A stretch of DNA of 64,000 nucleotides from assembly GCA_036229005.1 (NCBI GenBank), contig JAZAMN010000024.1, positions 96,001-160,000 on the forward strand, in the 5' to 3' direction. The notes under the pieces were generated by a model. It ran no database searches, was not told where the DNA came from, and saw only the letters and a program-made list of their open reading frames with translations. Shown piece after piece: positions 35,932 to 45,723 of this stretch. The DNA is from Myxococcota bacterium. Lineage in GTDB: Bacteria; Myxococcota_A; UBA796; CAJQPC01. Numbering within the stretch: the stretch's first letter is position 1; the number at the start of each line of letters is the position of its first letter. Made by a program: the position numbers and the translations under genes.

Positions 35932-35989
35932 GGGCGTCGGCTGCTCAGGCCGGAGAGGAGGGGCTCTGGGCGGCCCCCCACGGCTGGTC

Positions 35990-36940
35990 TCACCGCGTCA
36001 GGGTCCCGGACACGGTGTACTGGGCCTCGCCGAAGCCGCTCAGGGAGGCCGTCCCGCTGCCGGTCATGACCATCTCGCCGGAGCCGTTGATGGTGCCCGT
36101 GTACTCGATGCCGGTCAGCGAGCCCACCGTCATGTTGCCCTCGAGCACGTCGTCGCTGGCGTACTCGCCGTCCTGAGTGACGGTGTCGGAGCTGGTGAGG
36201 GTGGCCCAGGTGCAGGTGTAGGTGCCGGTCAGCACGGGGACGCTGGCATCGTTGATCTCGACGCTGGCGGTGCCCACGCAGGTGTCGGTCAGGAAGTCGG
36301 TGACGGACTCCACGCTGACCTCGCCGCTCCAGACGCCCTGCCAGCCGACATCGCACTCGTTGTCGGGGGTGGCCAGGGGGTTGCCGTCGTCGCAGTCGGT
36401 GTTGTCGGTGATCCACTCGCTGGTGGTGGAGCAGCGCTGCTCGCTCACGTCCGGGTTGCCGTAGCCGTCGCCGTCGGCGTCCTGGTAGGTGGTGATGGAG
36501 GTGCTGGTGTCCACGGAGTCGTCGCCGTCGTTGACCAGGCCGTCGCAGTCCTCGTCCACGCCCAGCTCGTCGCAGACCTCGGTCGCGGCGGGGTTCACGT
36601 CGGGGTCGCTGTCGTCGCAGTCCGTGTTGTCCAGGACGTAGTCGCTCAGGGCGTCGCAGGAGTAGCGTACGCTGGCGGGGTCGCCGTAGCCGTCGGCGTC
36701 GGCGTCCGGGTAGTAGGCGTCGGCGTCGGCAGCGGACTCATCGACGTTGTCATCGCAGTCCTGGTCCAGGCCGTCGCAGGACTCGGCCGCGCCGGGGAAG
36801 ATGCTGGCGTCGTTGTCGTCGCAGTCCACGGCGTCACCGAAGCCGTCGCCGTCCAGGTCGGCGCCGCCGGTGTCGTTGCCCAGGTCGGTGGCGGTGATGT
36901 TGTCCGGGTTGCAGGCGAGCAGCAGCAGAGCGACAAGCAT
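35990..36940 (-). CDS. lipoprotein with repeated putative metal-binding (MopE-like) motifs
   Basis: lipobox LLLAC; D.DGDG.G...DCDD.D....PGA.E.CDG.D.DCD repeats; GGAGG RBS. Confidence 0.8.
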   Translation of the reverse strand: MLVALLLLACNPDNITATDLGNDTGGADLDGDGFGDAVDCDDNDASIFPGAAESCDGLDQDCDDNVDESAADADAYYPDADADGYGDPASVRYSCDALSDYVLDNTDCDDSDPDVNPAATEVCDELGVDEDCDGLVNDGDDSVDTSTSITTYQDADGDGYGNPDVSEQRCSTTSEWITDNTDCDDGNPLATPDNECDVGWQGVWSGEVSVESVTDFLTDTCVGTASVEINDASVPVLTGTYTCTWATLTSSDTVTQDGEYASDDVLEGNMTVGSLTGIEYTGTINGSGEMVMTGSGTASLSGFGEAQYTVSGTLTR

Positions 36941-37074
36941 GGGGTTCCTCCAAAGGTCCGGCATGGTGACCGGTTTTGGAGGGCTTGTCACGCGCTTTTT
37001 TCAATGCAGGGGAGCCTCCCTGTGCGCGCTCGTGTCCATGGGGTCCAGCGGCGCCCGGCTGCCGGAGAGGCGCA

Positions 37075-38220
37075 TCAACCCGCCTGTCGGAAGAGCTCTT
37101 CGGGCTCGAAGACCGCCGGCCGTCCAAAGTGGTAGCCCTGCATCAGGTGGATGCCGCAGGCCCTGAGCGCCTCCGCCTCGTTGGCGGTCTCGACGCCCTC
37201 GCCCAGGACCAGCGCGTCGGTGGCCTCGCCGAACTTGCAGAGCAGCTCCACCAGGCGCTGCTTGCGGGGGGTGGTGTCGACGCCGCGCACGATCGACATG
37301 TCGATCTTGATGTAGCGGGGCTGCAGGTCGGCCAGCACGCTGAGGCTGTTGTAGCCGGAGCCCAGGTCGTCCACGGCGATGTTGAACCCGGCCTTCTGCA
37401 TCGCGTCGATGGTGGACTCCCACCCCAGGATGTTCTGCAGGCGGCTGCGCTCGGTGATCTCGATCGCGCAGCGGTGCTCCCGGCCGCGCAGGGGTTGCAG
37501 CCCGCGCATGAGCGCCTGGGGCTCCTGGAGCTGGTCGGGGTGCAGGTTCACGAACAGCACCTGCGTGGGGTCCAGGTGGTCCAGGATCTCGCCGGCCAGG
37601 CGGTTGACCTCCTCTCCCAGGCGCATGATCATGCCGTGCCGCTCGGCGACCCGGAGCACGCTCAGAGGGCCGTCCAGCACCGGGTGCGTGGAGCGGAGCA
37701 GGGCCTCGAAGCCAAAGACCTCGTCGGTGTCCTTCGCGCTGACGATGGGCTGGATCGCCAGGCGCAGGTGTCCGCCGGTGATGCAGTCCAGCAGCATCTT
37801 GCGCTCGCCGTCCTCCACCGCGCGCTGCTGCGCCAGGCGGACCTCGGCCATGCGCCGGACGCTGGCCCACGCGTCCTCCAGCGTGCTGACCAGGGTGCGT
37901 GGGTCGAAGGGCTTGGAGATCACCCGCAGCACCTCGCCCCGGTTGACCGCGTCCACGATCATGGGGAAGTCGTGGTGCCCGGTCATCAGGGCCCGCACAC
38001 AGGCGGGCTGCTGCTCGCGGATCTGCGAGAGCACCTTGAGCCCGTCCAGGCCCGGCATCTCGTAGTCCACCAGAGCCGCGTCGAAGGCTGTCCCCTGCAG
38101 CATCCGGACGGCTTGCTCTCCCGAGTTCGCCACGCTCACCTGAAGGCCGCGATGGGCAAGCACGCGCTGGATCGCTCGCAGCACGAATTCGTCGTCGTCG
38201 ACCACCAGGACGTGGTTCAT
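37075..38220 (-). CDS. response regulator receiver + EAL c-di-GMP phosphodiesterase
   Basis: VLVVDDD, LVDYEMPG, KPF; QPIV, FEALLR, FVNL, EITE, AVDDLGSGY, IKID, EGVET, QGY. Confidence 0.9.
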   Translation of the reverse strand: MNHVLVVDDDEFVLRAIQRVLAHRGLQVSVANSGEQAVRMLQGTAFDAALVDYEMPGLDGLKVLSQIREQQPACVRALMTGHHDFPMIVDAVNRGEVLRVISKPFDPRTLVSTLEDAWASVRRMAEVRLAQQRAVEDGERKMLLDCITGGHLRLAIQPIVSAKDTDEVFGFEALLRSTHPVLDGPLSVLRVAERHGMIMRLGEEVNRLAGEILDHLDPTQVLFVNLHPDQLQEPQALMRGLQPLRGREHRCAIEITERSRLQNILGWESTIDAMQKAGFNIAVDDLGSGYNSLSVLADLQPRYIKIDMSIVRGVDTTPRKQRLVELLCKFGEATDALVLGEGVETANEAEALRACGIHLMQGYHFGRPAVFEPEELFRQAG

Positions 38221-38279
38221 GCCATCTCTCCTTGGGCCGCACCCTGCGTGCCCTGCAGACCTGAACGGATCAGGGCAGG

Positions 38280-41200
38280 ATGGGGTTGATGCTTTGGATC
38301 CTCTTTCTGGGGTGGCCCGCCGCCCAAGCCGCCCGGATCACGGTCGATTCCTCCGGGGCCGGTGACTACAGCACCTTGGCCGCTGCGCTCACCGCGGCCG
38401 GGCCTGGGGACTACATCGCCATCGAGCCGGGGACCTACAGCACGGGCTCCACGACCAGCGGCTGGAGCGGGGCCATCGTCGGCCTGGGCGCCTCCCCCGA
38501 AGACACCGTGCTCAGCGGCGGCACGCCCCTCTGGGTCTCCTCCGGCGACAGCCTGCGCCTGGACAACCTGCAGCTCAGCGGCAGCACCACCGCCCTCCGC
38601 AATGAGGGCACCCTGGAGGCCACCCGGGTCTTCCTGCACGCCACCGGCAGCTACGCGCTCTACAACAACGGCCAGGGGGAGCTCCGCGCCTTTCGGTCCG
38701 TGGGCGGGTGGATCTACGGGGCCAGCGGCACCCTGGAGCTGAGCCACTACAGCGCCGTGGACTCGCGGGTCTACCTGAGCAGCGGCGTCAGCGGGAGCCT
38801 GGAGCATGTCGTGAGCTGGGACTCGCCCGTCTATAGCTGCAGCCGCACCACGCCCCTGAGCTACGCCCTCTACGACAGCGCCAGCACCGCGATGCCGAGC
38901 TGCGTTGTGACCACCAGCGTCTACGCCGGCTTCGACCTGGACTGGACCGCGTTCAGCGACGACGGCGACCCCAGCAACGACGACCTGACCCCCCTGAGCA
39001 CCAGCCTGGCCATCGACGGCGGCGACCCTGGCTGCAAGGACGTCGACGGCAGCGTCTGCGATCTGGGGTTCACCGGCGGCCCCCTGGGCTCCGACACCGA
39101 CAGCGACAGCGACGGCCTCCCCGACTCCTGGGAGGTCCGCAAGGGCACCTCCACCGCCAGCGCCGATGGCGACGCGGATCCCGACGGAGACGGCCTGGAC
39201 AACCTGGGCGAGTGGCTCTTTGGCTGCGATCCCCAGAGCGCGGACAGTGACGGGGATGGGGTGGAGGATCTGAGCGAGCTGCAGTCCGGGGCCGACCCCC
39301 TGGACCCCACGGACCAGGGTCCAACCGCGGCGCTCCTGGGCCCCAGCGAGGTCAGGGTGGGCCAGACCCTGGGCGTGGACGCCTCCGGCTCCAGCGACCC
39401 CAGCGGCGACGCCCTCAGCTACCGCTTCTACCTGGCCTCCGCCCCCGCCGGCACAGCGCTCACGGACGCGGACCTCAGCGCCAGCGGCGCCAGCGCGGAG
39501 CTCGTGCCGGATCTGCCGGGCACCTGGACCATCGGCGTCGAGGTCAGCGACGCCAGCTCCAGCGACAGCGTGGAGCTGGAGATCCGGGTGCTGGCGGAGG
39601 GGAGCACTCTGCGCGTTCCGGACGACGTGGCCACGCTGGACGAGGCGCTCCCCCTGCTGGAGTCGGGGATGACCCTGGAGCTGGGCGCCGGGGACTACGC
39701 GCTCTCCGGGCAGGACCTGGTGGGGCTGCAGGGCCTCCGCATCGTGGGCGCCGGCCGCGAGCAGACCAACCTGGAGCTGACCACCTACCTGCCGGCCGCG
39801 GACCTCCAGCTCCAGGACCTGTACATCGACGCCAGCACCCAGGTCTACGGCGCGGTGCTCACCAACAGCACGTCCTCGCTGGAGCTGTACCGGGTGGACC
39901 TGGTGGCGGGGAGCTACGGGATCTACGCCAGCGCGGGGGCCGTGGTGTCCGTGCTGGACAGCAGCATCCGCGCCGACAGCCGGGCGGTGTTCGCCAACAA
40001 CCTGCAGCTCCTCGCCATCGGCCAGAGCCGGGTGGGGGGCGCGGGCGTGGGGTTGTATGTGCAGACCAGCCCCACGGTGCTGCAGGGCGTGCTCCTGGAC
40101 GCCTCGCAGGGGATCTACAGCAGCGATGTGTTCCGCGGCAGCCACCTGACCTTCATCGAAGAGACCAGCTCTTCGCTCTACGGAGTGGGGGTGCGGGCGG
40201 ATCACGTCTACCTCGGGGGGACCTCGCCGATGTCCTGTCGCTCCGACGGGCTGCTGGAGCACGTGATCGTCCGAGGGGTGGGCCAGGATCCCGTGGGCTG
40301 CGATCCCCTCTTCCTCCAATACGAGGCCGCGGGGCTGGGGAGCGGTGGGGTGCCGGAGCCCACCTCGCTGGCCTGGGATGGCGGGAGCTGGGCGCAGACG
40401 GACGCGGACGGGAGCCGGGCGGATGTGGGCTGGACCGGGGGGCCGCTGGGGCAGGCGGTGCGGCTGGAGCTGGACCCCTGGGAGGATCGGGATGGAGACA
40501 CCCTGAGCGCCCTCACCGAGCGGATCCTGGGCAGCGACGACGGCGCCCTGGACAGCGACGGGGACGGGCTCGGAGATCACGGCGAGGTGCTCAGTGGCCT
40601 GGACCCCGCCGACCCCAGCGATGGCATGCCGCGCTTTGCTCCGCGCCCGGTGCGCCTGGACGGCAGCGCGGTGTCGCTGGAGCTGAGCGCCGAAGACCCC
40701 CAGGGGGAGAAGTGCAGCCTGAGCTGGGACGACGGCGAGGAGGGCTTCCGGCGGGAGCTCCCGGCCAGCGGCGAGCCGGTCGAGGTCTTGGGCTACACCC
40801 TGCGCTGCGGGGAGGGGAGCCTGCGCGGTGAGCAGCTCGTGATCCGGGAGCAGAGCCTGCGCGTGCCCGAAGACCAGCCCACGCTGGAGGCGGCGCTGGC
40901 GATCGCCGAGGACCACCACCGGATCCTGCTGGGGGAGGGGACCTGGGCCCTGGAGGAGGGCGACCTGCGCGGGCGGCACGTGGCGATCCAGGGGCTGGGT
41001 GGGGCGGAGATCCAGGGGGAGCTGCTGCTGGATGGGCCCGCCGCTCTGCTCACGGACCTGGCCATCTCGGGGGACGTGCAGGTGCAGGGCGGCAGCCTCC
41101 AGCGGCTGGAGATCGACGGTTCACTGCGCTCCCAGAGCGCGTGGCTGCGCAACCTCCAGGTGAGCGGGGATGTGGACGGCCTGGAGCGGGCCTCGGCGGC

Positions 41201-42977
41201 CAACCTGAGCGTCGGCGGGCGGCTGCACGGGGCCTTCTCGGACCTGCGCAGCTCGGTGGCCCTGGAGGACATCGCGCACGCCCCCTGGACCCTGGACAGC
41301 TACCTGCTCGCAGAGGCCGACGCCGCCGAGGTGTTCGTGCTGCCCGGCGCCCTGTGGATCCCCTGGCCGGGCTCCCTGCTGTGGGACAGCGGGTCGGTGA
41401 ACTTCCCGGATCTGGACGGCTCCCAAGAGGACGTCGGCTGGACGGGAGGTCCCGAGGCCTCCGCGCTGGATGGGGACACCGACGGGATGCCGGATGCCTG
41501 GGAGACCTGGTACGGCATCTCGTCCGCAAGCGAGGACAACGACGGCGACACCCTCAGCAACCTGGAGGAGTTCACGCTGGGCACCGACCCGACGCTCTGG
41601 GACAGCGACGGCGACCGGCTCCCCGACGCCAGCGACCCGGATCCGCGGCAGGCCCAAGGAGACGGGCTGAGTCTACGGCTGACGGTGGACGACGCGTTTC
41701 CTCGCTTGGGCCAACAGGTGCTGCTGTCCGTGGCGGGCAGTCAGGATCCCGGAGGGTTGATCCAGGGCGTGTCGTGGGAGGTCCTGGCCCCCTCCTCCTT
41801 CGATCCCCGGTCGGACTGGGTGGAGCAGGGGCAGCAGGCCTGGCTCACCGTGCGGGAGGGCGGCACCTGGCTGGTCCGGGCCACCCTGAACACACAGGAC
41901 GGCGAGTCCCTGACGCAGGAGCTGCTGATCCATCCCCAGGGCGACGTGGTGACGGTGCCGCTCAGCTCGAACCTGCAGCGCGCGGTGGACGAGGCGCTCC
42001 CGGGACAGGTGCTGGAGCTGCAGAGCGGGCCCCGCGAGATCTCCGGGCTGGTGGTGGACAAGGACCTGGTGATCCGCCACGAAGAGGGGGCCGACGGGGC
42101 GCTGAACTCCGACCTGCTGGCGCCCATCCTGACGGTCAGCGGCGGCGCGCGGGTGCGCGTGGAGGGGATCACGCTGCGCGGCGGGACGGAGCTGCCGGTG
42201 CTCAAGGTGACCGACGGGGCCACGCTGGAGCTGCGGGCGGCCTCCGTGATCGGGGGCGACGTGAACGTGCTGGTCAATGGGGCCGAGCTGGACGCGCGGA
42301 ACACCCTGTTCTCCCTGCCCTCGGTGGGGGTGGTGGAGGGCTTGGCGGAGAGCCGGCTGACGCTGGTGAACTGCAACCTGGGGTGGACCCAGGATGAGGA
42401 CTCGGCCCAGGGGCTGGTGCTGCTGGCGAACAGCAGGACGGTGATCCAGAGCTCCATCCTGGAGTGGCAGGGGGGCTCCTGGAAGACCTGCCTGGAGGAG
42501 CCCTGTGGGCTGGTGATCGACCACAGCCTGATCGCGCTGGGTTCCGTGGACCGCAGCCTGGACGTGGACTGGAGCCGCAGCGAGGTGGGGGAGCCCGGGT
42601 TCCTGCGGGCGCCTGATCAGGACCTCAACCCCGGCGCCGCCGACATGCGCCTGGGGCCGGGGGACGCTCGGGACGCGGGGCCCGATGGGATGCTGGATCC
42701 GGACGGGAGCCCCCTGGACCTGGGGATCTACGGCGGGGACTTCGCGGACTGGCTGGACGTGGACAACGATCGGGACGGGTTCACCAACCTGGAGGGGGAC
42801 TGCGATGACTGGAACCCGGAGCTGGCGCCCGATCTGCTGAGCGGAGAATGCAGGGCGCCCCGGGGTTGCTCAAGCACTGGAAACAGCGGGGTTCTCTGGG
42901 TGGCGCTGGGTGGCCTGCTGGTGGCGCTTTCAAGGAGTTGGCGCTGGGGCGAGGCGGCCCGCAGACGGATCGATTAG
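38280..42977 (+). CDS. large secreted surface protein with beta-helix-like segments, D-rich Ca-binding repeats, PKD-like domains and a MYXO-CTERM-like tail
   Basis: signal peptide; D.DGDGL.D..E...GTDP...DSDGDG repeats; DASGSSDP.GD.LSY; repeated 'D.DGS..D.G.TGGP'; C-terminal RGCSST...hydrophobic...RSWR. Confidence 0.8.
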   Translation: MGLMLWILFLGWPAAQAARITVDSSGAGDYSTLAAALTAAGPGDYIAIEPGTYSTGSTTSGWSGAIVGLGASPEDTVLSGGTPLWVSSGDSLRLDNLQLSGSTTALRNEGTLEATRVFLHATGSYALYNNGQGELRAFRSVGGWIYGASGTLELSHYSAVDSRVYLSSGVSGSLEHVVSWDSPVYSCSRTTPLSYALYDSASTAMPSCVVTTSVYAGFDLDWTAFSDDGDPSNDDLTPLSTSLAIDGGDPGCKDVDGSVCDLGFTGGPLGSDTDSDSDGLPDSWEVRKGTSTASADGDADPDGDGLDNLGEWLFGCDPQSADSDGDGVEDLSELQSGADPLDPTDQGPTAALLGPSEVRVGQTLGVDASGSSDPSGDALSYRFYLASAPAGTALTDADLSASGASAELVPDLPGTWTIGVEVSDASSSDSVELEIRVLAEGSTLRVPDDVATLDEALPLLESGMTLELGAGDYALSGQDLVGLQGLRIVGAGREQTNLELTTYLPAADLQLQDLYIDASTQVYGAVLTNSTSSLELYRVDLVAGSYGIYASAGAVVSVLDSSIRADSRAVFANNLQLLAIGQSRVGGAGVGLYVQTSPTVLQGVLLDASQGIYSSDVFRGSHLTFIEETSSSLYGVGVRADHVYLGGTSPMSCRSDGLLEHVIVRGVGQDPVGCDPLFLQYEAAGLGSGGVPEPTSLAWDGGSWAQTDADGSRADVGWTGGPLGQAVRLELDPWEDRDGDTLSALTERILGSDDGALDSDGDGLGDHGEVLSGLDPADPSDGMPRFAPRPVRLDGSAVSLELSAEDPQGEKCSLSWDDGEEGFRRELPASGEPVEVLGYTLRCGEGSLRGEQLVIREQSLRVPEDQPTLEAALAIAEDHHRILLGEGTWALEEGDLRGRHVAIQGLGGAEIQGELLLDGPAALLTDLAISGDVQVQGGSLQRLEIDGSLRSQSAWLRNLQVSGDVDGLERASAANLSVGGRLHGAFSDLRSSVALEDIAHAPWTLDSYLLAEADAAEVFVLPGALWIPWPGSLLWDSGSVNFPDLDGSQEDVGWTGGPEASALDGDTDGMPDAWETWYGISSASEDNDGDTLSNLEEFTLGTDPTLWDSDGDRLPDASDPDPRQAQGDGLSLRLTVDDAFPRLGQQVLLSVAGSQDPGGLIQGVSWEVLAPSSFDPRSDWVEQGQQAWLTVREGGTWLVRATLNTQDGESLTQELLIHPQGDVVTVPLSSNLQRAVDEALPGQVLELQSGPREISGLVVDKDLVIRHEEGADGALNSDLLAPILTVSGGARVRVEGITLRGGTELPVLKVTDGATLELRAASVIGGDVNVLVNGAELDARNTLFSLPSVGVVEGLAESRLTLVNCNLGWTQDEDSAQGLVLLANSRTVIQSSILEWQGGSWKTCLEEPCGLVIDHSLIALGSVDRSLDVDWSRSEVGEPGFLRAPDQDLNPGAADMRLGPGDARDAGPDGMLDPDGSPLDLGIYGGDFADWLDVDNDRDGFTNLEGDCDDWNPELAPDLLSGECRAPRGCSSTGNSGVLWVALGGLLVALSRSWRWGEAARRRID

Positions 42978-43011
42978 CGCCTGTTCCAGCACCCCTGGAA
43001 CCGGAGCGCCC

Positions 43012-44220
43012 ATGCGCGTGTTGATCGCCGACAAGCTGCCTGACACCTTCCGCACCCTCCTTCAGGAGGCCCAGGCCGAGGTGGTGGTGGACGCCAGCCT
43101 CAAGGGGGACGCGCTCAGCGCTGCCCTGGCCGAGCACGACCCGGACGTGCTGGTGGTTCGCTCGACCAAGGTGCAGGCCGAGCAGCTCGCGGCGGCCAAG
43201 AGCCTGCAGCTCATCGTGCGCGGCGGCGCCGGCGTGAACACCATCGACCTGGAGGGGGCCTCCGCCAAGGGCGTGTTCGTCTCCAACTGCCCGGGCATGA
43301 ACGCGGTGGCGGTCGCGGAGCTCACCTTCGGGCACCTGCTGAACATCGACCGGGGCATCGCCGACGGCGTCGCGGACCTGCGCGCCGGCAAGTGGCGCAA
43401 GGGGCACTACTCCAAGGCCGGCGAGGGGCTCAAGGGCAAGACCCTGGGCATCGTCGGCATGGGCAGCATCGGCAAGGAGGTCGCCCGGCGCGCGCGGGCC
43501 TTCGAGATGGAGGTCGTCGCCTCCAGCCCCAGCCTGACCCCCGAGAAGGCCGCCGCCCTGGGCGTTGGCTACGCCAGCGACGCCATCGAGGTCGCCCGGC
43601 AGTCCGACGTGCTCAGCGTGCACTGCGCCCTGACCCCCTCCACCCGCGGCCTGATCGGGCGGGCTGTCCTGGAGGCTCTGCGGCCCGGCGCCATCTTCAT
43701 CAACACCACCCGGGGCCCCGTGGTGGACGAGGACGCCCTGCAGTGGGCGATCTCCGAGCGAGGTCTCCGGTGTGGCCTCGACGTGTTCGTCGGGGAGCCC
43801 AACGCGAAGGAAGAGGACTGGACCCACCCGCTGGTCCAGAGCGATCAGGTCTGGGGCACCCACCACATCGGCGCCAGCACCCGTCAGGCCCAGCAGGCCG
43901 TCGCGGATGAGGCCCTGCGGGTGATCCTGCAGTGGGCCGAGACCGGGGACGCGCCCAACTGCGTGAACCTGGCCGCCGTGACCCCCGCCACCCACATGCT
44001 CGCCGTGCGGCACGCGGACAAGGTGGGCGTGCTCGCCGCCATCCTGCGCGTGCTCGCGGAGCAGTCCATCAACGTCGAGGGCATGGAGAACATCGTCTTC
44101 TCCGGCGCCCAGGCCGCTCTGGCCCGCATCCAGATCTCCGCCCCGCTGGACGAGGCCGGCCTGGGATCGCTCCAGACGCTCGACGGCATCTTCAACGCCC
44201 AGCAGCTCTCCCTGTCCTGA
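43012..44220 (+). CDS. serA: D-3-phosphoglycerate dehydrogenase with ACT domain
   Basis: VVRST, RGGAGVNTID, NCPG.NA.AVAEL, GIVGMGSIG, INTTRG, HHIGAST..AQ; H.DKVGVLA; next to serC. Confidence 0.88.
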   Translation: MRVLIADKLPDTFRTLLQEAQAEVVVDASLKGDALSAALAEHDPDVLVVRSTKVQAEQLAAAKSLQLIVRGGAGVNTIDLEGASAKGVFVSNCPGMNAVAVAELTFGHLLNIDRGIADGVADLRAGKWRKGHYSKAGEGLKGKTLGIVGMGSIGKEVARRARAFEMEVVASSPSLTPEKAAALGVGYASDAIEVARQSDVLSVHCALTPSTRGLIGRAVLEALRPGAIFINTTRGPVVDEDALQWAISERGLRCGLDVFVGEPNAKEEDWTHPLVQSDQVWGTHHIGASTRQAQQAVADEALRVILQWAETGDAPNCVNLAAVTPATHMLAVRHADKVGVLAAILRVLAEQSINVEGMENIVFSGAQAALARIQISAPLDEAGLGSLQTLDGIFNAQQLSLS

Positions 44221-44234
44221 GAGGAGGACCCCCC

Positions 44235-45311
44235 ATGGCCCGCATCCACAACTTCTCCGCCGGACCCGCCGTCCTGCCCGAGTCCGTCATCGCCCAGCTC
44301 AAGGACCAGCTCCTGGAGTACGGCGACAGCGGCATCGGCCTGATGGAGATGAGCCACCGCTCCGCCGAGTTCTCCGCGCTCATGGACACCGCTCAGGCCC
44401 GCGTTCGCCGGGTGCTGGGCGTCTCAGACGCCCACCAGGTGCTCTTCCTCCAGAACGGCGCCAGCGGCCAGTTCCTGTCCGTGCCCAACAACCTGCTCCA
44501 GGGCGGCGCGGCGGACTACCTGGACACCGGCACCTGGTCCAAGAAGGCCATCAAGGAGGCCAAGCGCTTCGGGCAGGTCAACGTGCCCTTCTCGGCGGCC
44601 GAGAGCGGCTACGACCGCGTCCCCGCCTCCTGGGAGGCCACGCCTGGCGCGGTGTACACCCACTACACGTCCAACAACACGGTCGCGGGCACCCAGTACG
44701 CGGACATCCCGACCGAGTACAGCGGCCTGCTGGTGTGTGACGCCAGCTCCGACATCGCCAGCCGCCCCCTGGACTACAGCAAGATCGACGTGCTCTACGC
44801 CGGCGCCCAGAAGAACCTGGGGCCCTCCGGCGTGACCCTGGTCGTGCTCTCCCCCGAGGCCGTGGAGCGCGCCGCCGCCAGCGACGCCCCCACCATGCTG
44901 GCCTGGCAGACCCACATCAAGGCCAAGAAGCAGCTCTTCAACACCCCCAACACCCTGGGCATCTACGTGCTCGAGCGCGTGCTGGCCTGGGTCGAAGAGC
45001 AGGGCCTGGAGGCCATCGGCCAGACCAACGCCCGCAAGGCCGGCGCCCTGTACGGGCTGCTGGACAGCAGCGACTTCTGGAAGCCCCACGCCCAGCAGGG
45101 CTCCCGCAGCCTGATGAACGTCACCTGGCGCCTGGCGGACCAGTCGCTGGAGGGCACCCTGGTGGCCCAGGCCGAGGCCGCAGGATTCTCCGGAATCAAG
45201 GGCCACCGGAGCGTGGGCGGACTACGTGCGAGCATCTACAACGCCTGTCCCGAGGAGAGCGTGACCGCATTGGTCGACTTCCTGCGGGACTTCGAGCGCA
45301 GCCACGGCTGA
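44235..45311 (+). CDS. serC: phosphoserine aminotransferase
   Basis: NFSAGPAVLP, EMSHRS, YTSNNT, D.SSDI, YAGAQKNLGPSG, NTP, RS.MNV, GHRSVGGLRASIYNA. Confidence 0.95.
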   Translation: MARIHNFSAGPAVLPESVIAQLKDQLLEYGDSGIGLMEMSHRSAEFSALMDTAQARVRRVLGVSDAHQVLFLQNGASGQFLSVPNNLLQGGAADYLDTGTWSKKAIKEAKRFGQVNVPFSAAESGYDRVPASWEATPGAVYTHYTSNNTVAGTQYADIPTEYSGLLVCDASSDIASRPLDYSKIDVLYAGAQKNLGPSGVTLVVLSPEAVERAAASDAPTMLAWQTHIKAKKQLFNTPNTLGIYVLERVLAWVEEQGLEAIGQTNARKAGALYGLLDSSDFWKPHAQQGSRSLMNVTWRLADQSLEGTLVAQAEAAGFSGIKGHRSVGGLRASIYNACPEESVTALVDFLRDFERSHG

Positions 45312-45326
45312 GACAGGGAGTTCCCG

Positions 45327-45617
45327 ATGAGCGAGAGCAACGAAGAGACCATCATCCTGGTCGACGCCCAGGGCAACGAGGCCGAGTTCATGCTGCTTGG
45401 CTTGGTCGAGCTGGAGGACGATGGCGAGTTCGCCATGCTCACCTCCGTCGCCGACCTGGACGCCGACGATGACGTGCCCATGGAGATCTACATCTTCCAC
45501 TACGACGTGGACGAGGACGGCGCCGAGAGCTTCGTCCCCGTGGAGGACGAGGAGCTCGTCGAGCGCGTGGCCGCCGTCGCGCGCCCCGTGTTCGAGGGTG
45601 AAGAGGGCGAGGAGTAG
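45327..45617 (+). CDS. DUF1292-like acidic protein
   Basis: I.LVD..GNE.EF...., ..F..VEDEE pattern; GGGAG RBS. Confidence 0.7.
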   Translation: MSESNEETIILVDAQGNEAEFMLLGLVELEDDGEFAMLTSVADLDADDDVPMEIYIFHYDVDEDGAESFVPVEDEELVERVAAVARPVFEGEEGEE

Positions 45618-45723
45618 CCCCCGCAGACAGCGACAGCGCGCCCCTTGAGGGCAACGGTCACAGCCGCCTGACACACCTGTCGGCTGGGGCTTGTTAGACT
45701 CCCGCGACTTGCGAGGACCCCCC

